Origin: the human T2T-CHM13v2.0 reference genome, Homo sapiens
Assembly: GCF_009914755.1 (NCBI RefSeq)
Contig: NC_060941.1
DNA length: 64,000 nucleotides
Direction: 5' to 3' (one strand)
A program made the translations under genes and the position numbers. Positions 27,949 through 42,042 of this stretch are shown piece after piece (the first letter of the stretch is position 1; the number at the start of each line of letters is the position of its first letter). The notes beneath the pieces were generated by a model that searched no databases, had not been told where the DNA came from, and saw nothing but the letters and a program-made list of their open reading frames with translations.

Positions 27949-28290
27949 CTGTTAGGGTCTAAATTGTGCCCCCTCCCCAACTTCATATGTTGCAGCCCTG
28001 ACCCCCCTGTGTAGCTGCATTTGGAGGTGGAGCCTATAAGTAGGTTATTAAGGTTCAGTGAAGTCACAGGGACCCTCATCGGATGGGATTGATGCCCTTA
28101 TAGGAAGAGACAGCAGGGCGATATGCACTCTCTCTTCCTCTCCCTGTCTCCCTCTCTGTGTTTCTGTCTGTCTCTCTCCAGGGGTGCACAGAAAAGGCCA
28201 CGTGAGGTCGCAGGGAGAAGGCGGCATCTACACCAGAAAGAGTCCTCACAGGCATGGGACAGGCCGGCCCCTGCGACGGGACTTCGGGTG
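27949..28290 (+). mobile_element. MLT1A-type MaLR LTR (3' truncated)
   Basis: TGTTAGGGTCTAAATTGTG...TTCATATGTTG, ATTTGGAGGTGGAGCCT, GATGGGATTGATGCCCTTATAGGAAGAGAC, AAAGGCCACGTGAGG. Confidence 0.8.
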
Positions 28291-30229
28291 CCCCGTGTGC
28301 CACGAACTCCCCTCTTTCTGCCTCCAGCCCCAGTCTCCTTCCAGACTCCAGACTCTTGGGTCCAGTGGCCAACTAGTCACCCCCACCAGAGTTTTCAAAC
28401 GTGTCTTGGCGTCACATGTCCAAAACCAAACTCCTCACGTCCTGCGGTCTCCCCGTGGAAGCCCCATCTTTCCAGGTTCCCAGGTACAAGTTCGTGGCAT
28501 TGTCCTGGATTCCTTGACCGTCCTCGCCACGCCCCCATCGACCAGGATGCCAGGAGCCAGGATGATTCTGCTTTCAATGCTTGTGCAGATCCTGCCGCAC
28601 AGACCCCAACCCTACCTCCAGTGTGGTCCGGCGCCACCACCTCTGCCGGACGTTTGCTATCTCTCTACCTCCGTGCCCAGCCCCCGGCTATTCTCAGCAC
28701 AGCAGCCAAAGAGATTCCTTTAAAATAGAAGTCACATCCTGCCAGCGCTGCCGGTACCCAGCACCTGGGGTTCTCCGCTATCTCCCACACATCGTTCTCA
28801 AACGCCGCCACCTCTCCACGCTGGACACTGCCCCCTGTGCAAACGCAGCCCCCACCCCTTCGTCCCATTTGCTTTTTCCCAGGAATGCCTGCCCCCCCGA
28901 CCACCCCGTGCCCACAGACAAGGTCAGCTCAATACATACTTGTTCAAGGAACGGACAAGGAACAAGCCCAGTGGAGTCGCTGCTGGGCAGGGCTGCCCAT
29001 CAGCAAATCCCCTTGCAACTTCTCCATCGTCCACGAGGCTCTTGGTGACCCCATCCCGGATGCCCAGTCCAGGCGCACACTCAGTCATGTGCTACCCAGA
29101 GCACGCCACATGCCCTCAGCTCCCTGAGGCCTTTGCAGCCACTATGCCCTCTACACGGAATGGCTCCCTCTTGTCCTCTCTTGGCAAGGGCCAGCCAGCC
29201 TGCAGCCCTAGCCCAGGCACCCCTTCATCCAAGGAGACCTCCCTGCCCCTCAGTCCGAGTCAGGAGCCCCTTCTGTGGGCGCCCTCTAGGCACCCTCACT
29301 CACCCCATACCAGGGTGCTGCACAGCCTTCAGCCCTCCCTGTCTCCTGCTCACAGCAGAAGCTCCCTGCAGCCAGGGGCGGGTCTTATTCACCCCTCTCC
29401 CCAAGTGCAGAGCGGAATCCTCCAGGCAAGTACATCATGTGAGGAATGAACACACAGTAGGGGCTCTCCCAGCACAGGTGGCGTGGGAATCATAGCCTGT
29501 CCGGGCCTCCCGCCCGTCCCAGGAGCACAGGGGTGAGCGTCTCTCCCTCGGCACTGACCAGGGGATGGACAAGGAAGTCCACAGCCAGGAAGCCCCTGCC
29601 CCCAGAAGTGAAGCTGGGGCTTGGCAGGAAAGAACAGCCAGCCAGGCTGGCGGAGCCTGCCCTAAGGTCCCTCCGCTCCCCCCGCAACTGAGCTCTCGAC
29701 TCTCAGCAGCCATGGGCCCTGCCACCTGCCAGCCATGCTCTTCCTGTGAAATTCTCTCCAGCTGGAGTCACCACTGGCCTGGGGCTTCTTCCTGTCTCCA
29801 GGGTGGTGCCCACTGAGTCTCCTTGACTAGGACCACCCCCTCCCCCACCAGGCTTCCAAGGGCTCGGTCCAGCCCTGGCTCTCCTCTCCCCTCTGGCCTC
29901 AGGCAGGTCTGTGGCTCAGGAGGACCTGCTGACAACAGCCATAGTCTTCCCCCTCGGGCCGGGCCGGAGCTCCAGCTGCCACCTCATGTCCTTCCTGGGG
30001 TCATCCCTTGGGATCCTCAAACCTGGCCTGCCTGGACGGATGCTGGTGTCCCCTGACTCGCCCCATCTCTGCTCCTGGAAGGCAGCCCCTACCCATTTAG
30101 TCACCAAAGCCCCTCCCCACCATGGTCAACTGTCTGCAAGTTCCCAGAGGGAGACACATTTCCCTGTGGCCTCTGCTGTGCTCTGACACCCTGGGCCAGC
30201 CCCACCCTGTCGCCCAATGGCTTGCTGTT

Positions 30230-30560
30230 TAACATGTATCAGGTGACACTCACGCCCTGCTAACCCCTCCACAAGCCTCCTGGTTTTAGAAAATAAAATC
30301 TGTGCTCCTTACCCAAGGCCTGTTATGCCCCACCCTCCTCTCTCACCTCCTCTTGCTACACTAAACCCTCCAGGAGCATGGGTTTCTGTCAGCTTCTAGA
30401 ACATACCCAGATCCTTCTGCCCAGGCCACCGCACCCTGCAAACCCCCCTTCCTGGAGCACCCTCGTCCAGACCTAACTCCTTCCTGGCTGGTTCTCATCC
30501 CTGAGGCCTCAGCTCCCTCTGAGTGCCCTGAGCAAGTCCCCTCCGCAGTAACCCTCTGCA
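30230..30560 (+). mobile_element. L2 LINE fragment
   Basis: TAGAAAATAAAATC..GCTCCTTACCCAAGGCCT and pyrimidine-rich L2-like composition; boundaries approximate. Confidence 0.5.
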
Positions 30561-31805
30561 GTGGGGAGGGCCTGGGGGGGCTTGTGTGGCCCCAGTGCTC
30601 ACTGGGAACCCACAGTGTGTAGCCAAGCAGGGAGTCAACCCCCTGGGGCCCCAACTGCCTGCACTCCCCAGAGGAAGGAGGCACCTCCCACCCGGACTGG
30701 AGCCGTGTCCACAGCTGCCAAGGATGGTGCCCTAAAAGATTCTCACTTCCTTCAGAGGGGCAAAGCCTGAGATATCTGGGAGACCCAACAGGACACAGCA
30801 GAGGCCATGGGGGTAAATAAAGAGGGAGTTTCCAAGGTAGACCCTGCTGAGCTGTGCACTTGGGATCAACCTTGGGGCGGCACTCACAGCCAAGAGATGG
30901 ACAGAGCAAGGAAGGGGGAGAAGACAGGAGGGCCACGAATTCCGACTTAGAAGGCGGCAAGAGCAGAGGGAGCAGTGAAGGGACAGAGCGGGAGATTGGG
31001 GGCCCGGGGGTTCCGAAAGACACTGGACAGTTGCAGTGGAGATGGGGAGGGCAGGAGGAGAGGATGGGGGGAGGAGAGGACAAGGAATGGTGAGGGCAGA
31101 GACCCCCTTCCAGGGATCTTGCTGCAAAGAGGGGCGGGCACCAGGCCTGCGCCTGGGAAGGTGGTGCGAGGCGAGGGCTCTCTCTGCAATGGGAAGACAG
31201 ACGCGGTGACCAGTGTAACACTGGAGGAATCACGGAGAGTGTGGAGGGGGAGAGAGCAAGGCTGCGGGACTCATGGCCTGGAGCTGGGGAGGAGAGGGAG
31301 ACACAGCCCACAAGCAGAACCAGGGGCTTTTGGCAAGAGTGAGTCAGGGGGCATGGGTGCTGGTGGCCTGGGTTTGAGGAGAGAGAGGAGCAGAAGAGCT
31401 GGCTGGGGTGTGAGGACTTTCAGGTTCCCCAGGTCGTGGGGCCCACCTTTCCGGCAGCATCCCAGTCCTTTGTCCCACTTGTCCCATGCAGGCAAGGCCC
31501 AGAGGGGAGGCAGACAGTCGAGGATGGCTGTCGCAGGTGCTGGGAGAGGAGGTGTTCTCGTGAATGCGCCATGTCTTTCTTGCTCGAACAGTAAATAAAA
31601 CCTCAGGGTCAGGGGAACAACCCACATTCTAAACTGGCATCCCTGAGAGGTGACAACAATGAAGAGACAACAGCAGGCAGGCCGGGAGCACTCGCGACAC
31701 AGTGTTCTGTGGTTCCAACAAGACTTTCCTTCCAGCCGATGGGGCAGGCACCTATCATCCTCGTTTTACCAGTGAGGGAACTGGAGTCCAAAAGTGAACT
31801 AATGA

Positions 31806-32252
<447 letters not shown>

Positions 32253-32997
32253 TAGTTTATTTATCTGCAGAAGCAGGGACCTGGCTCTGATGACCTGCAG
32301 ACCCTCAGTTCCCGCCAATCCCGAAGCTCTCTACATCCTCAGTTCTCCAGGTATGGTGCTCGGAGCAGTAGCTGTGCCTCCCCTTTAGCTGGTAAGAGAT
32401 GCGGACGGGGGGCCCCTGCCCAGACAGGCCCACTCAGAATCTGGATCCCAATCTGTCCGGGGAAGCAGTGCGGCCAGGGAGGCTCCATTCCACATCACCC
32501 AGCACCACCTCAGGGACCCTGCTCTAGGGAATGGAGGGGCTGAGGCTCTAAGGTCCTGGGAGATGTCCTTTGACCCTGTTGGTAGAAAGGTCCCTACACA
32601 GTTGGGCTGGCGGGAAGCACCCCTGTCTCTGAGGGGCGACTGCAGGGGGCCTTCCCGGGCTGTGCCTGCTCCTTGCAACACTGATCCTACAAGATTTCCC
32701 ACAAACCAGGGGAGCTGTGAGGCCGAATACGCTTGGGAGCTCAGCCAGTGATTTTGCCTTGTGGATGCTCCTGATGAACACTGTCCCATTGAAGGCACCA
32801 AGAAAGTATGGGCAGAGCCCACTGCACTTCCTTAACAGCATTTCTCACTCTTAACCGTGGAGACCCTTGTTAGGACACAGCTAAGGCCCCCGAAGAAGGA
32901 TCCCGTTGGGGAAACATCCTGAGATAGGAAGCACAATGAGCAGAGAAGGCAGAGGCTCCTCATAGCACATCCATTCACACCATCTGACAAACCCCAC

Positions 32998-33105
32998 CTG
33001 CACACGCACAGATGCGCACACACATATTTGCAACATGCACAGGCGTGCACACATGAACATACATGTACACATGCACATATGCACACATGAACACGTGTAC
33101 ACACG
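32998..33105. repeat. Degenerate (CA)/(RY)n tract
   Basis: CACACGCACAGATGCGCACACACAT...ACACGTGTACACACG. Confidence 0.8.
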
Positions 33106-34044
33106 TCCCTGAGGATGCTTTGTCTCCCAGCCACTTCTTTTCCAAAGCAGCTGTTGACTGGGCCCCGTGCTCCCAGCAGATGGAGCTGGGCCTGCTGGTT
33201 ACGGCTGGCACTTCACCTGACGTGGCCACCACAAAACCACGGCATCCCCACACTCCCTCCTCCTGTATAACTGAATGTCCAGGTCAACCCCTACACTCAG
33301 CCTTAAGAAATGGGCCCACAAGGCAGCCACTGTGCCGAGACAGACTCCGCCTGCAGCAATATCCTCGCTGTCCTCGTTCCCTCTCTCTCTGTCCCTTGAA
33401 GGTGCCTGGTGCACTGTAGGTGGCTCCTGGGTGTGGCACCAGCACAAACCCTCCCATCTCCACAGTCACAGCCTGAAGGCACAGTTTCCCCGGAGCCCCT
33501 GCAGTGAGGGGAGGTGAGGGAGGGCAGGTGCCATGGGGGAGCTCGCGGGGCAGGACGGTCTCCTGCAGACCCACCCTGGTCTGGGAGCCACTCTCCACCT
33601 GCGTCTGCCCCCGCCCAGCCTTCGCATCCAGGAACAAGTCCAGGGACACGGTATCAGGGCAGAGCCAGCTCCACTGATGGGGCCTAGAGCCCTCTTAGGC
33701 TGGTCTCAACTTTTTACTTGTCCCTAACACGGGGCTGCTGTCCCCTGAACATCACCACAGCCATGCCAACCCACAGGTGACCCACGGGCCTTCCTGCTTT
33801 CCTCTGGTTCCCTGAGCTGCACCCACAAAAAGCCTCCGACAGCCTCGGGAGGCAGAGATACGGACTGCTCTGATTTCACAGACGCCCACGTCCACACCCC
33901 TGCTGATAGAAGCCATGGTGGCAGTGCCTGTGACGCTCACGTCCCCAGCAGGACGTGGCCTGTGACCTCCCCAGCTCAGGACTGAGGGTAGGTGACACTC
34001 CCTGCCCCCCGGCTTATGTTCTCAGAACTAGCAGTGAATTACTG

Positions 34045-34130
34045 ATGGGTAACCATCGGTCTAATTTCTGTCTGTATGAATTTAACTGTTCTAGGGACCT
34101 TGTATAAGTAAAGTCATATAGTATTTGCAC
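34045..34130 (-). mobile_element. Short L1M 3' fragment
   Basis: GGTAACCATC..TCTAATTTCTGTCTGTATGAATTTAACTGTTCTAGGGACCT..TATAAGT. Confidence 0.7.
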
Positions 34131-35502
34131 AGTATATTGGAGCTTGCCCTTGCTCCATGGACAGAGTTCCCGGAGTGGCTGACTCCCTCTTTACTCCGGG
34201 TCCCCCTTCCAGTGCTTCCCTCACCGACTCTTCCCCTGCCAGTGACTCCCCCAGAGAGACTCTTCCCCCTTGAGATTCTCCCCTACCCAGAACCTTTTCC
34301 TGCTGCTGTTGATGCCAACAACACCTCTGCCAAAGCAGCCCCAGGTCCACGTGCTGTGCACACGTGTGCAGAGGCACACACGCTCACACACGGCCGTGGA
34401 GCATGCTCCTTGCAGCCTCTTCAGGGACACCAGCACAGAGCTGGGCGAGACCTTGGAAAGGCATCCTTGACCCTCTGTGAGGAGAGGCAGTGGCCAGCGA
34501 CCACACACCCGCACAGAGCCTCGTCCACCCTGAGGGGCCCTGGGATGGTCATGAGTCCCATCCTTGCCCATATGGGAGAGGAACAGAGGAAACCGGAAGA
34601 AGAAACGCTTGAAGTCCCCAAATGGGGACTGGCAATGTGGGGTGGCAGCAGGTGATGGGAGGAGAAGAGATGCAGGCAGAGAGTGAGTCCAGCAGGCTGG
34701 GCAGGAGGAGGGAGGCCATGCCGTGGACCGGGCCAGGGTTTGTATATACAGTTGCCTCTCACTCAGTCCCTCACTAAGAAGCCCAGTGTGGTGCCAGCTG
34801 CCTGCAGCTGCCGAGGTTGGGTCCTCAAGGGGGCACCTGGGGAGCCCAGGGGAGCCTGAGGTCACACCTGGGCCAGTTGAGAGGCTGACTCTAATTCCCA
34901 CAGTCCTGCCACCCAGAAACTAGGAGCTCCATTTTACGGAAGACAAAACCGAGGCCATGGGAATCAATGACTCGTCGGGGCCACATGCTTCCTGAGTGAG
35001 ATCCAGGATCTGATGCCAGCTGCGTTGGGCTCCAGAGCCCAACATCCCTACATTTGTTCTTCTTTTGGGAGGAAGGGGAGGGCTTGCAGCCTTTGTTCTA
35101 TAAATTCGTGGTTCTGCTCAACTTGGGGCCTGTGCTTGAGGACCTGACTTTGGCCTGGGAGTCCTTGACCTCTGCGAATCCAGAAAGGAAAGTGGGTGAG
35201 AGGACAAAGGATGCAAGCCCCCAGCACATCAGAGTCCAGGCAGGGGGCTGCCGAGGCGAGGTGGGGGAGCCTGGTGCTTCACCTAGCTCCCTGGAGACAT
35301 CAGCGCACCAACCCAGCTCTAGGATTGAGTGATTTCCCCCAGCGTTGCACTCAGACCACAGGGGCCAGCCAGCCGTCGCTTTGAAGACGACTTCAGAGAA
35401 AAGGTGTTTGATTTGAACAATAGCCCAGTCACTTCGAGAGCCATTGTTTTTACAATAGCAAGAAAAATTCTTAGGAGAGTGAACCTGTCTAAAACATCTT
35501 CC

Positions 35503-35505
35503 AAA

Positions 35506-35548
<43 letters not shown>

Positions 35549-35549
35549 A
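35503..35549. repeat. (AAAT)11 tetranucleotide microsatellite
   Basis: Perfect AAAT run 35503-35546. Confidence 0.95.
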
Positions 35550-35792
35550 GCAGATAAGAAAAAAAGTAGAAAATAGACTCAAACATAACATGCCTGAAAA
35601 TCCTTCAACACATCCGTAAATGGAAAACCCCTGCCTACAGTTAAGGAGGCTTCCCAAACTATAGTTCATTTAACTGTCCTTTTAGGAGTCTCTTAATCAG
35701 AAAGGTGATTTCAGTATCAAATACGCTTTTGCAAGTACTTTTGTTTCTAAAGTATAAATAGTATGTGCTTTATACTGTGCTCGACTAATATT

Positions 35793-36128
<336 letters not shown>

Positions 36129-36437
36129 TAAGATCACTGGGCATAAAGTGAAAACAGACACGCTCAGAGCCCCATGTTCAGTTTGCTGCCTGTGGACATC
36201 AATTTCACCAGAAAGCATGTCTGATAGGTGCCGAAGATTGGAAATTCATTGATCTCTGTGGCCAGAAGAACAACTTCAAGTTTCCCAGATCAAACCAGAG
36301 AATCATTCCTTACAGTTAAGTCTAAAAACATGAGGTCAAGCCCGATCGGTGATCATGGGTATTGCACATGAAAAGGATCGGGGAATCCAGGGCCCAGCTG
36401 AGGAACACGAAGGTGTGAAATGGAAACGTTAAACACG

Positions 36438-37058
<621 letters not shown>

Positions 37059-37059
37059 G

Positions 37060-37575
37060 AACCATTACTATCTTGAGTGTACAGTCAGTGGCATTCGGAA
37101 CATTTGCTTTGCTGTCCAGCCATCGCCACCTTCCATCTCCAGAATGCTTTTATCTTCCCAAACTGAAATTCTGTCCTCATTAAACACTAACTCCCCAATC
37201 ATTCTCTCTCAGGCCCTGGTAAACACCGACGTAATTTCTGTCTCTATGAATGTAACCATTCTAGGGACCTCATCTAAGTCATACAGTGCTTGTGCTTTTA
37301 GGTCTGGCTTCTCTTACGGAGGCATCACGTTTTCTGGCTTCATTCACACTGTGTATTCTGTGTCAGGATTTCCTTCCTTTTCAAGGCTGAGTAATATTCT
37401 CTGGCATGGACAGACCACATTTTGTTTCTCCATTCATCTGTGGCTGGACGCTTGGGTTTTCCACCTCTTGGCTCTTGTGAATAACGCTACTATGAACCGA
37501 GTGTGCACATGTCTCGTCCATACCCTGCTTCCAACCCTGTTGGGTGTATACCCAGAAGTGGGGTTGCTGGGAGAG
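37060..37575 (-). mobile_element. L1MB-type LINE 3' end
   Basis: CCATCTCCAGAA, CCCAAACTGAAATTCTGT, TTCCTTCCTTTTCAAGGCTGAGTAATATTC, GGGTGTATACCCAGAAGTGGG. Confidence 0.9.
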
Positions 37576-38589
37576 TCTTTTAAAAGATTGTTTCATAGAA
37601 ACAAGCATCTCCATGGAGCTTCACCTCTTGGGCCAGGCGGCAAAAGCCAGCTTGGCTCATGGAGGAGCTAACCATACCCACATCAGTCACCTGGGTTGGT
37701 GGGACATCTGCAAATGCCACTGGAAACACGTGTTCACTTCCCAAGGGTCGCGAGCAGCCTTTTATTTGTGTGCAACCTGTTTCGTTAAAAAAAAATCTGC
37801 CTCATTTGTTTGAAGTGTAAACAAAGGACAATTAATTAATTTGTTAATTATTCTTCCGTCCTTCTCATGCACACTGGTATCAAAGGCCCTGTGTCCCAGA
37901 TGTGAAGGGAACGGGTTCATTTACTGATGAGAAACCAGGGAGATGCCCTAAGGCAGACAAAGGGGAAAAAAAAAAAAGCTAACGTGGTACAAGCTTTCAG
38001 AAAAGGAGACAACGTAATTGGAATGATCCTAGAAATTCTGCAAGCTCCTCTTCTTAGTATTCTTAGTAAAACAAGTGGGTCTGTAGGACAAGTGCCACAG
38101 CTCGCGAGGCTGGGTCCCTGAAGATCGGTGCTTTACACTTAACTTGGTGACAGCGTGAAAGACGTCCTTAAGTAAAACGTTTAGAATCCGGTCGCTCTCC
38201 TCCCTCTTCTCTTGCTCCCCCTACCCCAGCATTAATTAACTAGTCTCATTTTCTCTCCCTCTCCCAGCACAGACTCCAGGTTACATCTTCATCCTGCTGG
38301 TGTTGGTGTGGTTGGCAAGCTTGCCTGTGTCACCACCAACACCAATGGGACACAGACGTCTCTGCAGGGAGACACGGTCACTCAGACGCTCAGGGCCAGG
38401 AGGGTCCAGGTGCCATCAGGAAAATGGTGTGAGTCACCCCACTCGCATCCTCTGTTCCCAGGGCCACCTTGGGAGAGGTCCCGCCCTGGTCTCTGGGCCA
38501 GGGCTCCCTCACCACAGTCCTACCCCTACTCTAGCTACCCAGGTTTTAGGCCAGTTGACCTGGACATCCTGCCCATACCTCTGTCTTTT

Positions 38590-39660
38590 AAGCAGATACA
38601 AAATCTAAGTGTGGGAGAGGGGGCACTGTTCCCACTTCTGTCATGTGACTTTGTACTCCTCCCATGGAAGCAAGTGTATTACTCCACCCTGTGACATTGT
38701 GCTTGGCTGGCTGGCTGGCTTTTACCAACAGAATGTGAGCAGACAATGTACACACAGGCTCCGAATGTACTTATGCAGCTGGGCTTGGCCTCTTGGACCT
38801 CTGTCGTGGCTGGGAGAAGAACCTCCCTTGGGAGCTGCTGCCCCTGGACCCAGCCGATTCCACGTGAGCAGGACTGAGCCACGCCCAGCTGGCTCACAGC
38901 TTGAAGCAGCTGCAGCACCCAGCCCAGCCCAGCCCAGCCCAGCCCACACTGACCTGCAGACCCCACGAGCAAGGTGCGGTTGCTTCTTGACATTTGCCAT
39001 GGTTATGTTCTATCAAGTCACCGTCCACACTGGATTAGCCAATACTAAACCAAGGGCTCCCGGGGAAATACATGGCTAAGTTCCTGCAAGCTTCTGGTCG
39101 CAAAAGTTTCATCGGTCAATCAGTACCTAACCTTGTTTTAAGGGTGTTTCTATTTAAAGACACTGTATTTCATATATACTGTTGATTTGTTAACATTGAA
39201 CTCACGGCTAACAGCACTAGAGGAAGCACCTCTAATTTTCTCCATAAGACACGTCACAGCCTCCTGGCGCTCAGGAACACTGGACAGCTGTGTTGCACGG
39301 GGCTCCAGCGCCCTTTTAAACAGTGAACCCCCCAACGGAAAGCACAAAAACGTGAAGAACATCGCACTAAGCAGGTCTCAGAAAGGACGCTTTGTAGTGT
39401 GAGAGCTGAGGCTGGAAGGCCTTGTTTGACCTCAGCTGGGACCACATGCATCTGGCTACTGCAATTTTTTTGCTGCTCTGCACAGGTGCAGGAAGAATTA
39501 TGAAAGCACCTTTAATCTTGATTTTGGGGTCACAAATAAATTTTAGCAAGTAGATGAATTTGCAAATACAGAATCCTCAAATAATGAGCATCGACTGTAA
39601 ATGTTTGAAGCCATGGACTTACGGGGCCGTTTGTTACGCAGCAAGAACTGACTTACACAT
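38590..39660 (+). mobile_element. MLT1I/J-like MaLR LTR split by MER82
   Basis: 5' part has CATGTGACTTTG, CCAACAGAATGTGAGCAGA and (CAGCC)5; 3' end TGTTTGAAGCCA...TTTGTTACGCAGCAA..ACTGAC resumes after 39599. Confidence 0.65.
38977..39597 (+). mobile_element. Full-length MER82 (TcMar-Tigger DNA transposon)
   Basis: TTAACATTGAACTCACGGCTAACAGCACT, TTTTGGGGTCACAAATAAATTTTAGCAAGTAG, terminal AATAATGAGCATCGACTG followed by TA. Confidence 0.85.
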
Positions 39661-40551
39661 GATGAAGACCCAGAGAACCCATGCCCCCAACTTCCAAGGA
39701 GGAGGAGTCTGGAAGTGTTGGAAACACCTGGGTAGGCTGAAGTCCATGAAGCAAGTTGGGATTCTCTTTATCCTATGACAGCATAAAAATCCCAGTGTTC
39801 ACATCACAGTGGGAAATAAAAGCCTACTGTCTCTCTTTCAGGCAACATGACTCTCTTGAACCCCAACACATTCTAGGTGAGTTGCATCTAGCTGTGTGAT
39901 TTTGTATAGGGGATTTAGCCAAGGGAGCAAGCAGGCCCAGACAATTGTGCATTGTACTTAGGGAAGAGAGGATTCAATTCATAGTACTTCAAAATCCTGA
40001 CTCTGAACTTCAGAGAAAGCTGTGTTTTACTCAGGTTCATTAATGGGGAGAGAACTTTTTCTCTGGAGATGGACTCCGGGGCTACGGGGAATCAGGTGAT
40101 GGCCAAGCATGGCTGGGACCCTGAAGAATGGGGTGACAGTGCTCAAAGAATGACTGTGCTCCAAGCAGGCTCCTGTCCAAGCAGGTGAAAATGCAAGTTC
40201 TAAGTAAAAAACGTGTGTGAATCCGTGCAAAGAAAACACCAAGGAAGGTAACATCACGAAAAATACAAGTTTCTCCTCTGCAAAACAAAAAGACATGATT
40301 TTTGTGGCCCCCAAAGCCTTCCCCTTTTCCTTCAATCTGGGACCCCAATATCTGGCTCTGCTGGGTGCGTCCTGGTGCCAGCGTGTCTGCCCCCCACCTC
40401 CACAGGGTGGACAGTGAGTTGTGCCCTCTGCCTCTGGCCTGCCTGCTGGTCACCAGAGGAAGCTGGTTCTCAGTTTGGAGTCTCTGTCCCATGGAATGGC
40501 ACCACATGGAGGTTGGAGTGTAGGCTCTGGAGCCAGGATCCAGGTCTGCCA

Positions 40552-42042
40552 TGGAATAAAGGTACCTGCTTATGCTTTAAAGGGGGGAGAAGGAAGAAAG
40601 CTCATGCCCTGAGTGTCCCCCACATGTGGCTGTCCACAGGCTGCCAGAGCTGATTCCAACACAGGCTTGTCCCCATGCAGGATCTGCCGCTGTGTGGCAC
40701 CCCTTGATCCTGGTTCCTGAGCCTACGCTCCAAACCCATCTCTGTACCCAGCTTTACCTTTCTGTAGAAGGAGAATGAGCACAGTCACCACCTCCTCCAG
40801 GGCGTTTAGGAGTAAATGTGTCAACAGGAGGAAATCCCTGCAACAGAGCCTGGCTCCTGGTAGGCACTGACAAACGTTGGTCCCCGGGCTCAGGCCCGGG
40901 CCCCTGGGCCCTCCAGCCCTGTGCCCCATTCCCCTTTGCTGGCCAGGTGCTGGCATTCCCATTGGTTTGCATTTGTTAGTTCACAGGGTGTCTCCATGCA
41001 GGTGGTTCTTTATCAGTGGTGTGTGGCTTATCCACAACAGCCTTCCAGTCCCCGATGTCTCCCAGCCACCTTGCACATCCCCGGCCACCTCCTCCCACAC
41101 TCCAGCTCTGTGTGCTCGGGGAATGCAAAGCAATCTTAACATTGTTCTAAGTCAAACATAATTGGGAAGGTAAACCTATAGTGACAACAGAATCACAGAC
41201 TGCATTCCAAATCCACAGAAACGGCACTGGGATCTCAGACGCTCCCTGCAGCTGTTTTCACCGCCCCCATGAGACCTGCAACCTGTGAAAGAGCAGAGGG
41301 AGCCTCACTTCCCCAGGCCCATGTGTGGATTCTTCATGCTGGTGGGTCTACACCACAGAGCGGGGTTCTAGAAGAATGTCAGCAAACACCCCCGGGTAGG
41401 CAGCCGCTGGGCATCTGCTGTGAGTGGGCACTGTGCAAACGTACAGGACATGGGGCTGCCCACAGGATGCCTGGCTTGGGTGGGGCAGGCAGCTCCATTG
41501 GCAGCTGCTCTAAGGCAGTGCTGGGTAACAGACCAGGGCAGGGGAAGGTCATTCCGAAACACACATGCTTGTGTGTGCACATACTTGGGTGCAGCTGGAC
41601 AGAGGGGCATGGCCCCGGGTGCACCTAAGCATGAGTACGGTTGAAGCAGAGGCCACATAGAGGTACCAAGGCCTGGTGACAGAGGGTAGCCTGAAAGTCC
41701 AGCCCCATGGGCGGGACAGGGCTAGAGGGCAGCTGGAGAGCTGGCAGAGCCCAGGACACCCGGGAGGAGCTGAGCCTGCAGGCCACCAGGAGCAGGTGGA
41801 AGAGCAATAGGCAGATAGATAGATGTGGGGATGGGAGGCAGGCAGCAGTACGTGCCTGGGCCTGGAGGGACCAGATGATTAGGAGGCCAGGGAGCTCCTG
41901 CCTAAGCCCTGGAACAAAGGCGCCTGCTTATGTTTTAAAGGGGGAAGAAAGAAGAAAGCTCAGGACCTGAGTGTTTCCCACAGGTGGCTATCCACAGGCT
42001 GCCAGAGCCGATTCCAACGCAGCCCTGTCTCTATGCAGGATC
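40552..42042 (+). repeat. Direct repeat pair A (133 bp): 40552-40684 and 41910-42042
   Basis: Constant offset of 1358 at both ends; shared CCTGCTTATG..TTAAAGGGGG..GAAGAAAGCTCA..CCACAGGCTGCCAGAGC..ATTCCAAC..ATGCAGGATC. Confidence 0.9.

Noticed and set aside
29706-29816. Strong Kozak context GCAGCCATGG
   Set aside because: Leads to only ~34 codons with no promoter or CpG-island context.
30361-31311. 316-aa minus-strand ORF
   Set aside because: Pro/Ser/Leu-rich with no recognisable domain; overlaps L2-like sequence; expected by chance in GC-rich DNA.
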